IMG/VR virus record: IMGVR_UViG_3300046703_000335
Span: 24,336-88,335 of that record
Direction: 5' to 3' (one strand)
From: a virus
Length of the DNA: 64,000 nt
In this document: in pieces, positions 39,537-49,677 of the stretch
Numbering within the stretch: the first letter of the stretch is position 1
Layout of the letters: every line of letters starts with the position of its first letter
Translations under genes and position numbers: made by a program
Notes under the pieces: model-generated
Seen by the model: the letters and a program-made list of their open reading frames with translations, nothing else
Databases searched by the model: none
Told to the model about the DNA's origin: nothing

Positions 39537-39679
39537 GCCTTCACTGTAATTGTAGTTTCAACCAAGTACCCTATTCATCAGGGTTACATCTTAATAATAC
39601 TAAATAATTTTATATTATGCAAATACTATTTTAAAATGAAATCCAATGGATATATAATATAGATCGTATTAAAATATTT

Positions 39680-40060
39680 TTATTCATCCTCGGATATTTT
39701 AATACTCGGGAATCTACTCCTTACTGCGCTATACACTTTTGCCTTGAGTTCCTTTAAAGAACCATCATACCATACAGGAACTGAAGAATATTGATTAACT
39801 CTGGATATGGCATTTCTAGCATGGGCAGCATCTGGAATAGGAAAATGATCTTTACCATCTTTTACTTTTGAGCTCTTATCAGAAAATATAGGAGCAGGTC
39901 GATTTGATCCTGCTGGAATATCTCCCGCCATCTTCTCGAGAGTATTTGAAACAACATCAATAGATTCAGCTTCACTGAATAACCCGTTTGCCTCAACACT
40001 ACTTGCTACATTATCAAGGCTCTCTATAATAGAAGCCAATCTTTCTTTAGGTGATGACAT
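39680..40060 (-). CDS. Hypothetical protein
   Basis: ORF only. Confidence 0.3.
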   Translation of the reverse strand: MSSPKERLASIIESLDNVASSVEANGLFSEAESIDVVSNTLEKMAGDIPAGSNRPAPIFSDKSSKVKDGKDHFPIPDAAHARNAISRVNQYSSVPVWYDGSLKELKAKVYSAVRSRFPSIKISEDE

Positions 40061-40083
40061 ATGTGTGCCCTTTTTTAAAAAGT

Positions 40084-40401
40084 TTATAGATTTATTCTTT
40101 GTAGCCGTTCTTCATCAAAAGGTCGGCAACATTCTTCTCTACTATTACAGGCAGAGCAGAGACCACAATGAGTGCATTCGAAAGGAATAGTTTCTGCCCA
40201 TTCTCGAAATGTGGTAGCATACTTCTGTACCCATTCCAGTGTGGCTTTTTCAGAAACATCTCTCCCGGCACGTTCAGATTCGATCCATTTATAGATCTCA
40301 ATCTGTCTTTTTTGCTCACAATTGACCTGTTTAACATGATCTTTTGGTTCCATAGCATACCACCCCAAGTAATCTTGTAGATCATATAACCAAAGGGACA
40401 T
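40084..40401 (-). CDS. Cys-rich hypothetical protein
   Basis: CTHCGLCSACNSREECC. Confidence 0.3.
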   Translation of the reverse strand: MSLWLYDLQDYLGWYAMEPKDHVKQVNCEQKRQIEIYKWIESERAGRDVSEKATLEWVQKYATTFREWAETIPFECTHCGLCSACNSREECCRPFDEERLQRINL

Positions 40402-40425
40402 ATTAAAAGATTATAGTTTATGCTA

Positions 40426-40466
40426 CAAATATAAAAGGCGATACAGGACTATGTCCTATACCGCCT
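40426..40466 (-). terminator. Rho-independent terminator
   Basis: Minus strand GGCGGTATAGGAC-ATA-GTCCTGTATCGCC followed by TTTTATATTTG. Confidence 0.6.
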
Positions 40467-40505
40467 CACCTTCATCACACACACATGTATAATATATAAT
40501 TATTA

Positions 40506-41633
40506 TTACCCTACAGGCAACCCATTTAACATGCCTTCTTTACAATCTTTGAAATTCTTAAAACCACCCGCAGCCATATTTTTAAATTCTTCCTGGAACA
40601 CAAAATAAATGGTCATAACGGCATCAGGGGTATCCTTCCAACTATCTACTGGATAGATATCAATTGGAAGCTCTTGATGTATCTTTGCTCCAGCCCCTAC
40701 AGCCACTTCTTTCTGAGGAGTAAAACTTCGTTCTTGATCAACCGGGTAATCTTTTAACATATCCGCAGAGCACTCTTCTGAGGGGGGGAAACCACGGTCC
40801 CTTTCCAATCCCGGTACATCTAACATTGATGCCCCAATATAAGACTCTGTTGACTGCCCTCCAGCAGAGTATAATGCGTCCAATGAAATAGATCGAGAGG
40901 ACTTAGATTTACATCTCATGCCTCTATCTTTACCTAAAGCGCCATTCAATCCCTTAAGAGAATCAAATGAAGTTTTCACATTATTCAGTGATGGGGAAGA
41001 ATAATAAACAGTGTTTATTATTGGGGCTGTGAAGACATTTCTCACAATCGCAACTTGTCTTGGGACCTTTGGACTATAAAAAGCGAAGCCAAAAGCGGGC
41101 ACAGTATTCTCTTTGCCAATCATATGTGTTGCTACATCTCGCACCATATCTTCAGTAAAAAAGAATTGACGTATGCAACCATCTTCACTGCGAAATCCAT
41201 CCCACCACATAGGATTACCGCTCACGTATCCCCTATCAGGCCATTTATACCCACATTCTGGACAAAATCTATCTGCCTCAAAAGCACAACCATGCTTTGG
41301 ACATTTTGTATCATAGCGCTCCAAATGAAATCCTGTAGTCTGCATACCCGTAAGAGGATTACATCCTTTGACTGTAGGTATAACTGCGGTATTACTATAA
41401 TCATTACCTCTCCAGTCAAACCATAAACCTTTATTGGTTTGTACAGGCACTACAAACACTCCCGGACCTTTCATCCAATTTTCTGGATAGGTTACAAAAG
41501 AATCTGCATGATAAACGGCAAGAGGGCGTCCCGGTGGGAGTTCAAAAACTCTATCACCTACAAGTCGCTCAGCTTCCATTATCTTTGCTTTATAACCTTT
41601 ATATTCCATTATTTCTGATGTATTATTTTGCAT
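40506..41633 (-). CDS. Hypothetical protein
   Basis: ORF. Contains a CPKHGC .. CPECGYKW zinc-ribbon-like segment. Confidence 0.35.
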   Translation of the reverse strand: MQNNTSEIMEYKGYKAKIMEAERLVGDRVFELPPGRPLAVYHADSFVTYPENWMKGPGVFVVPVQTNKGLWFDWRGNDYSNTAVIPTVKGCNPLTGMQTTGFHLERYDTKCPKHGCAFEADRFCPECGYKWPDRGYVSGNPMWWDGFRSEDGCIRQFFFTEDMVRDVATHMIGKENTVPAFGFAFYSPKVPRQVAIVRNVFTAPIINTVYYSSPSLNNVKTSFDSLKGLNGALGKDRGMRCKSKSSRSISLDALYSAGGQSTESYIGASMLDVPGLERDRGFPPSEECSADMLKDYPVDQERSFTPQKEVAVGAGAKIHQELPIDIYPVDSWKDTPDAVMTIYFVFQEEFKNMAAGGFKNFKDCKEGMLNGLPVG

Positions 41634-41697
41634 ATTATATCTCCCATAAGTAATAATTATTTGAAGAGGGGCTGTTTAATAAGCCCCTTACTTAAGA

Positions 41698-42666
41698 TTA
41701 GAATTGACGATTACCCGAGACATGAAAGGGATCTGCAGGAGCTTTTGATGGACGATTTGCAATTTTCCTTAACTTTGGAAGATTGCCTGTAAGACGAAGT
41801 TCTTCGAATTCTTTAATGATACCAGGCCATGTGCATTTAAGATCGTCAATACCTTTTGCAGCACTCACTACCACTGCTTTGCGATCAGAAGCTGTTTTAT
41901 TGTTGATTTTACCGGATTCTACTATCAGTTTAACATATGCTCTCTCATCATCACCGATACCTGCAAAGTTAGAATCACATTCAGCACAATATCCCTTCCA
42001 GAGGATTTCTCCACAGAGGGGGCATAACTCAATGACACGGTCATTAAGGTTCAATTCCGAAATCTTATACACAGTTGCAAAGGTATTATCAAGATAGGGA
42101 ATAATAGTAGGATTGGTTCGCTTACGAGCAGATCTGAGCATTTCCAAAGTATACTCAATATCAATAGCTTCTTTACCAGGAATTTGAGTACCAGATTTCA
42201 AGACAATGAAAGATTGTCCCTTAGCTCTTCTGTTAAGTTCCTGCTCAGTTTGCTCACTTCTATTCTTATCCCATATAGACAGCAATTCAGAATCAGTCAT
42301 TTGACCAATAGGTTTGTTTGCCTGGATAAATTCCATGAGAGCAGAATTTGATGAACTTCCAGATTCTTGAGCTTCAGGTTTAACTATTACTGGGAGTACT
42401 TCCTCGAAAGGATCTTGCCCCTTGAGGTATGTAGCAGCAGCTCTGACGCAGAACATTCCTTTACCATCAAAATTTACTTGGAGGACATTCTGCAAGTCTT
42501 CCTGAGTAACCATCATAGAATTGAGATATCTCAAACCAGAGTCATCTTCAGAAATGCCATGATCATTAAGAATTTGTTTTAGCTTGGGTACTTCTAAATC
42601 TTTGAGCTTGAGAGATTCTGCAGCTTTTTCAAAACGTACAGATACTGAGGTAAGATCGATGGACAT
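41698..42666 (-). CDS. Hypothetical protein
   Basis: ORF only. Confidence 0.35.
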   Translation of the reverse strand: MSIDLTSVSVRFEKAAESLKLKDLEVPKLKQILNDHGISEDDSGLRYLNSMMVTQEDLQNVLQVNFDGKGMFCVRAAATYLKGQDPFEEVLPVIVKPEAQESGSSSNSALMEFIQANKPIGQMTDSELLSIWDKNRSEQTEQELNRRAKGQSFIVLKSGTQIPGKEAIDIEYTLEMLRSARKRTNPTIIPYLDNTFATVYKISELNLNDRVIELCPLCGEILWKGYCAECDSNFAGIGDDERAYVKLIVESGKINNKTASDRKAVVVSAAKGIDDLKCTWPGIIKEFEELRLTGNLPKLRKIANRPSKAPADPFHVSGNRQF

Positions 42667-42846
42667 AAAACTTCTCCTGTGTTTGCTAACGTATAACGGT
42701 CAGCGGATTTTGAGCATCTCGACAACAGCGGCTCACCTGCACATGCCTTCAAACCTGCATGTTCGGTTTTGTGAGTCTTAATGAAATTTTAAGACTCACG
42801 TTAATTAATATAGCTAATACCAAAATAAAAAGTCAATAACTTTTTA

Positions 42847-43245
42847 TTAACTATTATCTACTATCATTATAATATCACTGAGAATTTTTACATGAAGAGG
42901 AGTCATAGGTTCTCTGCTGTCGATTTTTATCTTTCCAGATAATGCTAAATCAATACCTTCCTCATCAATTTCATTCAATTCTTTAGTACACAGATCCTGC
43001 AATTCAGGAGTCTCAAAAATAAGATTCCCATTTACATCAGATATAGGCTTTCCGTCACTATTCTTTGTGCAGTACTTATCGGCAATTGCTCTTTTAGCTC
43101 GTCCAACAATTTGATACTGACCCATAACATCATCAATGCAAGAAGATACTTCGAGGCATTGCTTAGCAGGCATTTTCAAGACCATAAGACTTGAAAAACC
43201 TTCAATAAATGCCTTATGTGTGATCTGAGAATTTTTAATAAACAT
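42847..43245 (-). CDS. Hypothetical protein
   Basis: ORF only. Confidence 0.3.
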   Translation of the reverse strand: MFIKNSQITHKAFIEGFSSLMVLKMPAKQCLEVSSCIDDVMGQYQIVGRAKRAIADKYCTKNSDGKPISDVNGNLIFETPELQDLCTKELNEIDEEGIDLALSGKIKIDSREPMTPLHVKILSDIIMIVDNS

Positions 43246-43291
43246 TTTAAGTTCCTTATGTTATTTGTTATTATGTAATAAAATATCTAAT

Positions 43292-45034
43292 TTATGGGTT
43301 TAAAATACCGCCACAAACATAAACTCTTACTGGGAGTCCAGTTGATTGATCCCTTAAGTATATCGCCTCATAACCCGATCCTGTGCTTCCTATGTACGTT
43401 CCTGTAGGGGAACTTGGGTAAATATCTAAGGAATATACTGGTTCGTACATTTCAATAAATGTATCACAAATGCCAATTTTAGTATCACCAGAAACTTTAA
43501 TATTCAAATTTGGTCCACAGATTGTCCATGCAGTACTCGTATCATTAAACAATCCAAAGCGAGCATTCAATTGTGAAGTGTAAATTGTATTATACGCTAA
43601 AGAGGCGGATCCGATATTATTAGAGACATCTGTTTTAGGTAAAATGTCTAGGGAAGTCATACATACACGTGCTTCTATAGTTGCACTATTTATCAGCAAA
43701 ACATCCATATTACTTATAGAATTTTTAATATTTAAATTAGGACCGCATATCTCCCAATTAGTAGCATTAGAGCTATACAGGCCATTTTCAGTGTATAATC
43801 TATTTGCATAGATTGTGCTGTATTTAAGAATTGAGGAACCTACATTATAGCTATTATCAGCGTCTGGCATAATCGCTTTAGTAGTTAGAGTGCCCGCAAA
43901 GGTACCTGTCCCGGAATTAATATTACCAACCCATATGCCATCAAAACCTACGCCAGGACCCCCAAGATTAACACCACAAGGTAATCCTGATATAACTGTT
44001 TTGTTTAATATAAGATTAGATGCATTTGAAGAAAATACTGCAGTAGCTGGATCAGACGAATAAACGCTAAATGTACCTGCTTGTACTTTTACATCATAAT
44101 CATATGCAGTAGTCCCTAAGAAAATAGTATTACTATTTAATGAAATAGCCGATAAAGCATCACTATTATTATAGAGTTTAAAATTCCCGGATCTTATGTT
44201 AATATCAGTTGAATTATCAAGATCACCAATTGTCACACTACTACAAAGATATGGTAAAATAGTATTGGTATTGGTATTGGGGCTATTAAGATTTGTAGCA
44301 AACACATCACTAGCATATATCTCTCTATAGATTAACGAACTTGATCCTATAGAGTACCCGCATGTAGAGACAGGATAAACATTATTGGTAATAAGATCCC
44401 CGGTAAGCTTCAGCTTACCCCCTGTAGGTAATTCAAGTTGAGGAACGCCCCCTACCTCTCCAAAAACATACTGACTACCATTTACACTAATGGTGTATTT
44501 GTATATCGTAGAATTATCATATAACTCTGTATAAACATTTTTAAAAGCAATAGTACCGGTAGAACTCGTACCACTTAAACTAAAATTAGTACTGAGCGTT
44601 AAGTTATTCGCAGAAGCTTCAAAATCACTGCCTATGTAAATAGCATTATCAGGACCGCTTATAACAACCCCACAAATAGCCATAGTCGGAAGAGATAAAT
44701 CAAAAATTCCAACATCAACACCTGATCTACCTACAAGTTTAACCATATTTTTGGCAACATTGATCTCAGATCCAGCTTCTCCAGGAGTAAGGCTTATATC
44801 AGATAATGCATTATATGGGTCAAATAGAGTTTTATAAATCTTTGCAATAAAATCATAAGTTCTTTCACCAGCTATTCTCTCAGTACGTCCCCATTCATCG
44901 TCTGTATCAGTTTGGGGCACATTGAGGATAGCACCAGGAAGCATCTCATCACCAACACCATAATATATGCTCTTTGGTCCTTTTGAAAAAGTTTCATATA
45001 TTGAGCTATATGAAAGAAAATCACTGTCAGCCAT
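43292..45034 (-). CDS. Tail fiber / receptor-binding-like structural protein with internal repeats
   Basis: Ser/Thr/Asn/Gly-rich beta-rich sequence. Duplicated ~50-aa module: W(E/T)ICGPNLNIK .. twice. Confidence 0.45.
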   Translation of the reverse strand: MADSDFLSYSSIYETFSKGPKSIYYGVGDEMLPGAILNVPQTDTDDEWGRTERIAGERTYDFIAKIYKTLFDPYNALSDISLTPGEAGSEINVAKNMVKLVGRSGVDVGIFDLSLPTMAICGVVISGPDNAIYIGSDFEASANNLTLSTNFSLSGTSSTGTIAFKNVYTELYDNSTIYKYTISVNGSQYVFGEVGGVPQLELPTGGKLKLTGDLITNNVYPVSTCGYSIGSSSLIYREIYASDVFATNLNSPNTNTNTILPYLCSSVTIGDLDNSTDINIRSGNFKLYNNSDALSAISLNSNTIFLGTTAYDYDVKVQAGTFSVYSSDPATAVFSSNASNLILNKTVISGLPCGVNLGGPGVGFDGIWVGNINSGTGTFAGTLTTKAIMPDADNSYNVGSSILKYSTIYANRLYTENGLYSSNATNWEICGPNLNIKNSISNMDVLLINSATIEARVCMTSLDILPKTDVSNNIGSASLAYNTIYTSQLNARFGLFNDTSTAWTICGPNLNIKVSGDTKIGICDTFIEMYEPVYSLDIYPSSPTGTYIGSTGSGYEAIYLRDQSTGLPVRVYVCGGILNP

Positions 45035-45092
45035 AGCGGACTCCTTATTGATATCTCGATAACCGTACTATCAATAACATATTCGCATTAAG

Positions 45093-45125
45093 AGATTATT
45101 AAACAAAAAAGGCTCTGTAATTACA
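45093..45125 (-). terminator. Rho-independent terminator
   Basis: Minus strand AAGGTTCTGTAATTACAGAGCCTT hairpin followed by TTTTTTGTTTAAT. Confidence 0.65.
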
Positions 45126-45166
45126 GAACCTTAGTTTATAATAAAAGTTTATTAGCCCCTATAAGA

Positions 45167-46078
45167 TCAATCTACTGGAACAACCTTCAACTTAAACGTG
45201 ACATAACATTTAAATTTTTCTGGGTGCCGTAGGTATTCCAGATAATGTTCGATAGGTACTTCTTGATCCTCTTCCTTACCAAAAACTTTAAGAGTCTCTA
45301 CATCTCCATGCTTCTCTAATCTAAGCTCCCCCTTATGCGTATATTCTATAGGGCTATCCGCAGTAGGGGTAGTATTAACCGGTTCATCATCAAGTGCTGC
45401 ATGATTCCCAGAACCTCCTGTAGAATCAGGATCGATGTTCTCCTGCTTATAATTCTTTTCAACAGCTTTAAGGATAGAAGGAACTTCTCTTGGAGGAGTA
45501 TCATGCTCAAGAATAAAATCTACAGTATCCTTGATTATATCCGGATCCTCGGTACTACTGGAGATTTTTTCCCAATGTAAATCATTAAACTTGGATTCCC
45601 CAGCAGGTTTAGAAAGTTCTACCCGAGCATTCTCAGGAATACGCCCCATATCAGCAGATAATGTCGCTAATCTCTTTAACCGATGGGGAGTAACATGGAG
45701 GATATCTGAAATTTCCTTATCTTTTTTTCCAAGACCATTTAATCGAAGATATGCACGATTGAGGTCTATTGGACTGAGATTTACACGATTGATATTTTCG
45801 TCCAAAGAAATTAGATAAGCTTCTTCCTCATCAGCTTCTATAACTACAAATTCATCTTCAGGAAGTTCATGGTCATTCCCGAAAGATTCTTTTAACGCTT
45901 TAAGTCTTCGCTGTCCTGCGACCACTTCAAAAACTCCATCAGAATTTTTTCTGAGAATAAGTTTTGAAATAAGTTTATGCTTTTTTATAGAAGTAGAGAG
46001 AGACGTGATATCATCAGCATCCCCATCAACAACTGTACGGGCGTTACACTGGGAAATAACAAGTTCACCAATTTTCAT
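45167..46078 (-). CDS. ParB-like nuclease domain protein
   Basis: N-terminal ParB/Srx fold motif VVAGQRRLKAL. Confidence 0.55.
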   Translation of the reverse strand: MKIGELVISQCNARTVVDGDADDITSLSTSIKKHKLISKLILRKNSDGVFEVVAGQRRLKALKESFGNDHELPEDEFVVIEADEEEAYLISLDENINRVNLSPIDLNRAYLRLNGLGKKDKEISDILHVTPHRLKRLATLSADMGRIPENARVELSKPAGESKFNDLHWEKISSSTEDPDIIKDTVDFILEHDTPPREVPSILKAVEKNYKQENIDPDSTGGSGNHAALDDEPVNTTPTADSPIEYTHKGELRLEKHGDVETLKVFGKEEDQEVPIEHYLEYLRHPEKFKCYVTFKLKVVPVD

Positions 46079-46101
46079 TTGAATCTTCCTTTAACAAAGG
46101 T

Positions 46102-48054
46102 TTAAAAAAGTTTTTCGGATACAATCGTCAAACCTTCTTTTTTTTCTATTTTTTTAATTTCTTCTTTTTCAGGGAGTCCACCGATAAATTTCAGGAACTC
46201 ATCCTCATTAATGATCTTAACTCCAAGCTTAGCAGCCTTCTCATTCTTTTTGGACCCCGTATCTTTATCATTTGTGACAAGGTAAGTCAAGCCCTCTGAT
46301 ACTGTATCCTTTGCTGTACCACCTCTATCAACCACTAATGCCTGAAATTCTTTTCTTCCCATGGAGGTCAGTGACCCAGTAACACAAAAAGAGAAGCCGG
46401 TCAGAATTCCCTTTTTCTTTTCCTTAATTTTAATAACTTTAAGCAGATCTTCCGCCATATCTTTAATCTCAGCTATCCCCTCACAAACTGTTCGAGCAGA
46501 AGTCTCTGCAAAACCAGATAACTTTTCCAGATCTGAAGGTTTTATAGAAATAATTCTATCCCAAGAACCAAACTTTTCTACTAAAATTTCAGCGGTAGAT
46601 TTAGAACAAGTAGGGATCCCCAAAGCAGTGATAAATTTTTCCAGATAAAGTTCAGAGGTATCTTTCATAGTTTCAAAGAAGGATAATATGGTTTTTTCCC
46701 CAATCCCTTCCACAGCAATGAAATCATCTGTGGTCAGTTTATAAAGATCTGATACCATTCGAATCTTATTAAGATCCCACAGCCTCTCTACAAATTTATC
46801 TGAAAAGCCTTTCATGCCCAGAGTTTGTATCCAGTATACAATTCTATTCACATCTCTTTCTTTACAAACCAAATTTCGACACCAAATGTTTACGCCATCA
46901 TCTTCCAAAGGACCACCACATGAAGGACATTTAGTAGGTTTCTCAAAGGGATCTCCTTCAGTAATGACTTCGGTTACCTGAGGGATAATGTCCCCCTTTT
47001 TTTCAATAACGACTTCTGCTCCAATCCCTATACCCATCTCTATCATGTAAGAGAAGTTATGTACAGAAGCTTTTTTGATGGTACTCCCCATAAGTTCAGC
47101 ATCTTCAAGCATTACAACAGGCGTAAATTTACCCGTACGACCTATCTGAAGTTTAAGACCTATGATCGTCGTAATAATTTTTTCTGAATCAAATTTTAGA
47201 GCTACCTGACCTTCAGGACGATTCTTCTTTACTCCTAATTTTTCCTGAAGATTAAGATCATTAAGTTTTAAAACTAAGCCATCGATATCATATGAAAATT
47301 TATTACGTTGATCATCCCGAATAGATTTGTAGATAGCCAATATTTCTTCAATTGAGTGACAGATAAAAGTTTCTACTGTTGTAAATCCTAATTTCTTAAG
47401 TATCTCAATCTTCTCAGTCTCTTTGCTCACCTTAGCATTGATGTCATAAGCAATGACACGGATATACTTACTATGTGTTCCATCTAATCTTCGACTTATA
47501 CCACTGGCAGCATTTCTGGCATTCTTATAATGCCCGCCACTTTCTTCTTGTATAAGATCATAATCCTTTTTTGAAAGAACACCCTCTCCACGGCATACCA
47601 CAGCATTTTTTATTGGAATGATCCCCGGTAGTTGCCTGAACAGTCTGGCATTCTGGTATATGTCCGCTCCTACTTGTCCGTCTCCTCTTGTTAGACTACT
47701 CTCAAGCCTACCTTGTGAATAGCACATTTCTAACGAAAACCCATCAATTTTATGTTGAAGAACAAATTCAAGAGCAGTAGTTTTAAGCTCCAGGGTAACT
47801 CTTGTATACCACTCTACTATAGCATTTATAGAGGATACCTTATTTTGAGATCCCATAGCTATTGTATGCTTCTTTTTAGGCCATAAGCTACACTCACTAT
47901 GCCCCACTTTATTCAATCTTGGGTGATCTGGTGGTAGATGCCTATAAATAAAATCCTTGAAGGTATCATATTCAGGGTCATCAATTAAAGATTGCTTATT
48001 ATAGTAGGCATCATCATATTCGTCTAATAATTTTAATTTATCTTGGATATTCAT
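46102..48054 (-). CDS. ligA: NAD-dependent DNA ligase
   Basis: KIDGFS adenylation motif, CPSCGGPL..CRNLVC zinc finger, HhH region, C-terminal BRCT (GFSFCVTGSL). Confidence 0.85.
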   Translation of the reverse strand: MNIQDKLKLLDEYDDAYYNKQSLIDDPEYDTFKDFIYRHLPPDHPRLNKVGHSECSLWPKKKHTIAMGSQNKVSSINAIVEWYTRVTLELKTTALEFVLQHKIDGFSLEMCYSQGRLESSLTRGDGQVGADIYQNARLFRQLPGIIPIKNAVVCRGEGVLSKKDYDLIQEESGGHYKNARNAASGISRRLDGTHSKYIRVIAYDINAKVSKETEKIEILKKLGFTTVETFICHSIEEILAIYKSIRDDQRNKFSYDIDGLVLKLNDLNLQEKLGVKKNRPEGQVALKFDSEKIITTIIGLKLQIGRTGKFTPVVMLEDAELMGSTIKKASVHNFSYMIEMGIGIGAEVVIEKKGDIIPQVTEVITEGDPFEKPTKCPSCGGPLEDDGVNIWCRNLVCKERDVNRIVYWIQTLGMKGFSDKFVERLWDLNKIRMVSDLYKLTTDDFIAVEGIGEKTILSFFETMKDTSELYLEKFITALGIPTCSKSTAEILVEKFGSWDRIISIKPSDLEKLSGFAETSARTVCEGIAEIKDMAEDLLKVIKIKEKKKGILTGFSFCVTGSLTSMGRKEFQALVVDRGGTAKDTVSEGLTYLVTNDKDTGSKKNEKAAKLGVKIINEDEFLKFIGGLPEKEEIKKIEKKEGLTIVSEKLF

Positions 48055-49139
48055 GCAAACAATCCTTGTAGAGTTAATTTAGAGTAGCTACTTTTGTAAA
48101 ATTCCTCTTCAGTTCTAAAGTTCTTAATTGCATTTATGCTAAAAGAGCATACGCACAAATTATTGGAATGTCCAATTTTTTCAGGAGAGATATTGTTTCT
48201 ATAACCATAAATCATGCTTATTTTATGGTCGATGGACGGTTGCTTCCCTCTACCTTGATCCAAAAGTAAATCTTCACCAGTATAATAACATGTCCCAAAA
48301 AATAACATCCATCCTTCTACTAATTCCTTTGCCCATTTTCTTGTCTCTTGCTGTACCATCAATTTATAATTAGCGTATTCTGATCTCTTTTCTTTCGGAA
48401 GCCAATGTCCCTGAGCTATCATTAATGCCCTTTTATAATTAGAATACGCTATATTGTAAACACCATATTTTCTATAGATAGTTTCCTTTATCTTATCTTT
48501 TATAGCTGGTAACTTAAATACATTATCTACCCCATATATAGCTAATATAGCCTGATTCCTTTTTGCTATATACTCTGCCCTTATAGCACTATCTTTCCAC
48601 CTATCTTTCATATCTGTAGAGGACTTAAGTAGTATAGCACTACTTTTATTTTTAAGTTTATTAATTACAGCAGGTATCTTAGAGGGATTATCAACACCAT
48701 ACCTTTTTATAAAGGTTTCTTTCCTTTTAGCATTAATACTGTCAATATTTTTTTTATTTTTTTTCTGTATATTATGAATAACTTCTTTAATCTGAAATGG
48801 ATTCTCAACACCATAACGATCTAAAAAATGAAGCTTATTCTTATCGTTTTGCAATCTAATAGCTTCAACCTGACTTCTTGTTATTTTTAAATAATCTACC
48901 AGATACTTTAAAACAATATAAGGAATCTTTTTTTCTCTTGATATGCTTCTTAAACCTTTTTCTAATTCGAGATAATCATATTTTAAATCTGATATAGGAT
49001 AGCCATAAAAAGAACAGTAAAAATTTATACGATCTTCTACACTATGGTATCTTGAATAGTGCTGCACTACAGAAGAAATAACTTTGAACTCTTTTTTACA
49101 TACACTACAGATTATATTTTTTTTAAGTTTATATAACAT
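48051..49139 (-). CDS. HNH homing-endonuclease-like protein with four YGV(D/E)NP repeats
   Basis: C-terminal SIDHKISMIYG .. HSNNLCVC HNH motif. Repeats RYGVENPFQI, RYGVDNPSKI, IYGVDNVFKL, KYGVYNIAYS. Overlaps the ligA stop by 4 bp. Confidence 0.55.
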   Translation of the reverse strand: MLYKLKKNIICSVCKKEFKVISSVVQHYSRYHSVEDRINFYCSFYGYPISDLKYDYLELEKGLRSISREKKIPYIVLKYLVDYLKITRSQVEAIRLQNDKNKLHFLDRYGVENPFQIKEVIHNIQKKNKKNIDSINAKRKETFIKRYGVDNPSKIPAVINKLKNKSSAILLKSSTDMKDRWKDSAIRAEYIAKRNQAILAIYGVDNVFKLPAIKDKIKETIYRKYGVYNIAYSNYKRALMIAQGHWLPKEKRSEYANYKLMVQQETRKWAKELVEGWMLFFGTCYYTGEDLLLDQGRGKQPSIDHKISMIYGYRNNISPEKIGHSNNLCVCSFSINAIKNFRTEEEFYKSSYSKLTLQGLFA

Positions 49140-49173
49140 AACTACTTTTACCCCTTCCCTGTATATACTACTC

Positions 49174-49677
49174 CTAAATTTTCTCCGTACATGTCATTTC
49201 TACCACAATATTTTGCATATCATTAGCCAGAATATGCTTATCTTTTTTTAGCATGCTTTTTATTGTACAAGGACATGGAAACAGCACTGTCCAAAATTTA
49301 CCCTTTTTTTCTTCTTCTATAACAGCCATTTTCTGCTCTTCCGTTAAACCCTTCAGAGGGACAGAAGCAAGTATTATAAAATCTTCTGTATTAGAAATCT
49401 TTTTCTTATCCATATATACTATTTTTTTACCCGTGCCATAACAATTCTTGCAGCTTTGATTAGCACATGACATTGTCTCCACAATCCCAATATGACGTGC
49501 TGATATCACATATGTTTTTTCTCCAGCAACTCTCTCTATAGAGGTATATGTAAATAGATCATCACTAACATATTTCCGTGAATCCATGAGCTCTTTATAA
49601 ATCAATTTAGTTACCGTAGAGTTAAATAACTCCTCGACAGCATAAACTTCTTTATCATTCGGAATCTTGAGTGTCAT
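49174..49677 (-). CDS. Hypothetical protein
   Basis: ORF only. Confidence 0.3.
   Translation of the reverse strand: MTLKIPNDKEVYAVEELFNSTVTKLIYKELMDSRKYVSDDLFTYTSIERVAGEKTYVISARHIGIVETMSCANQSCKNCYGTGKKIVYMDKKKISNTEDFIILASVPLKGLTEEQKMAVIEEEKKGKFWTVLFPCPCTIKSMLKKDKHILANDMQNIVVEMTCTEKI

Noticed and set aside
42766-42797. Perfect 11-bp hairpin GTGAGTCTTAA..TTAAGACTCAC as a terminator
   Set aside because: No U-tract follows on the minus strand, so it is not a convincing intrinsic terminator. It may be a regulatory or processing hairpin.
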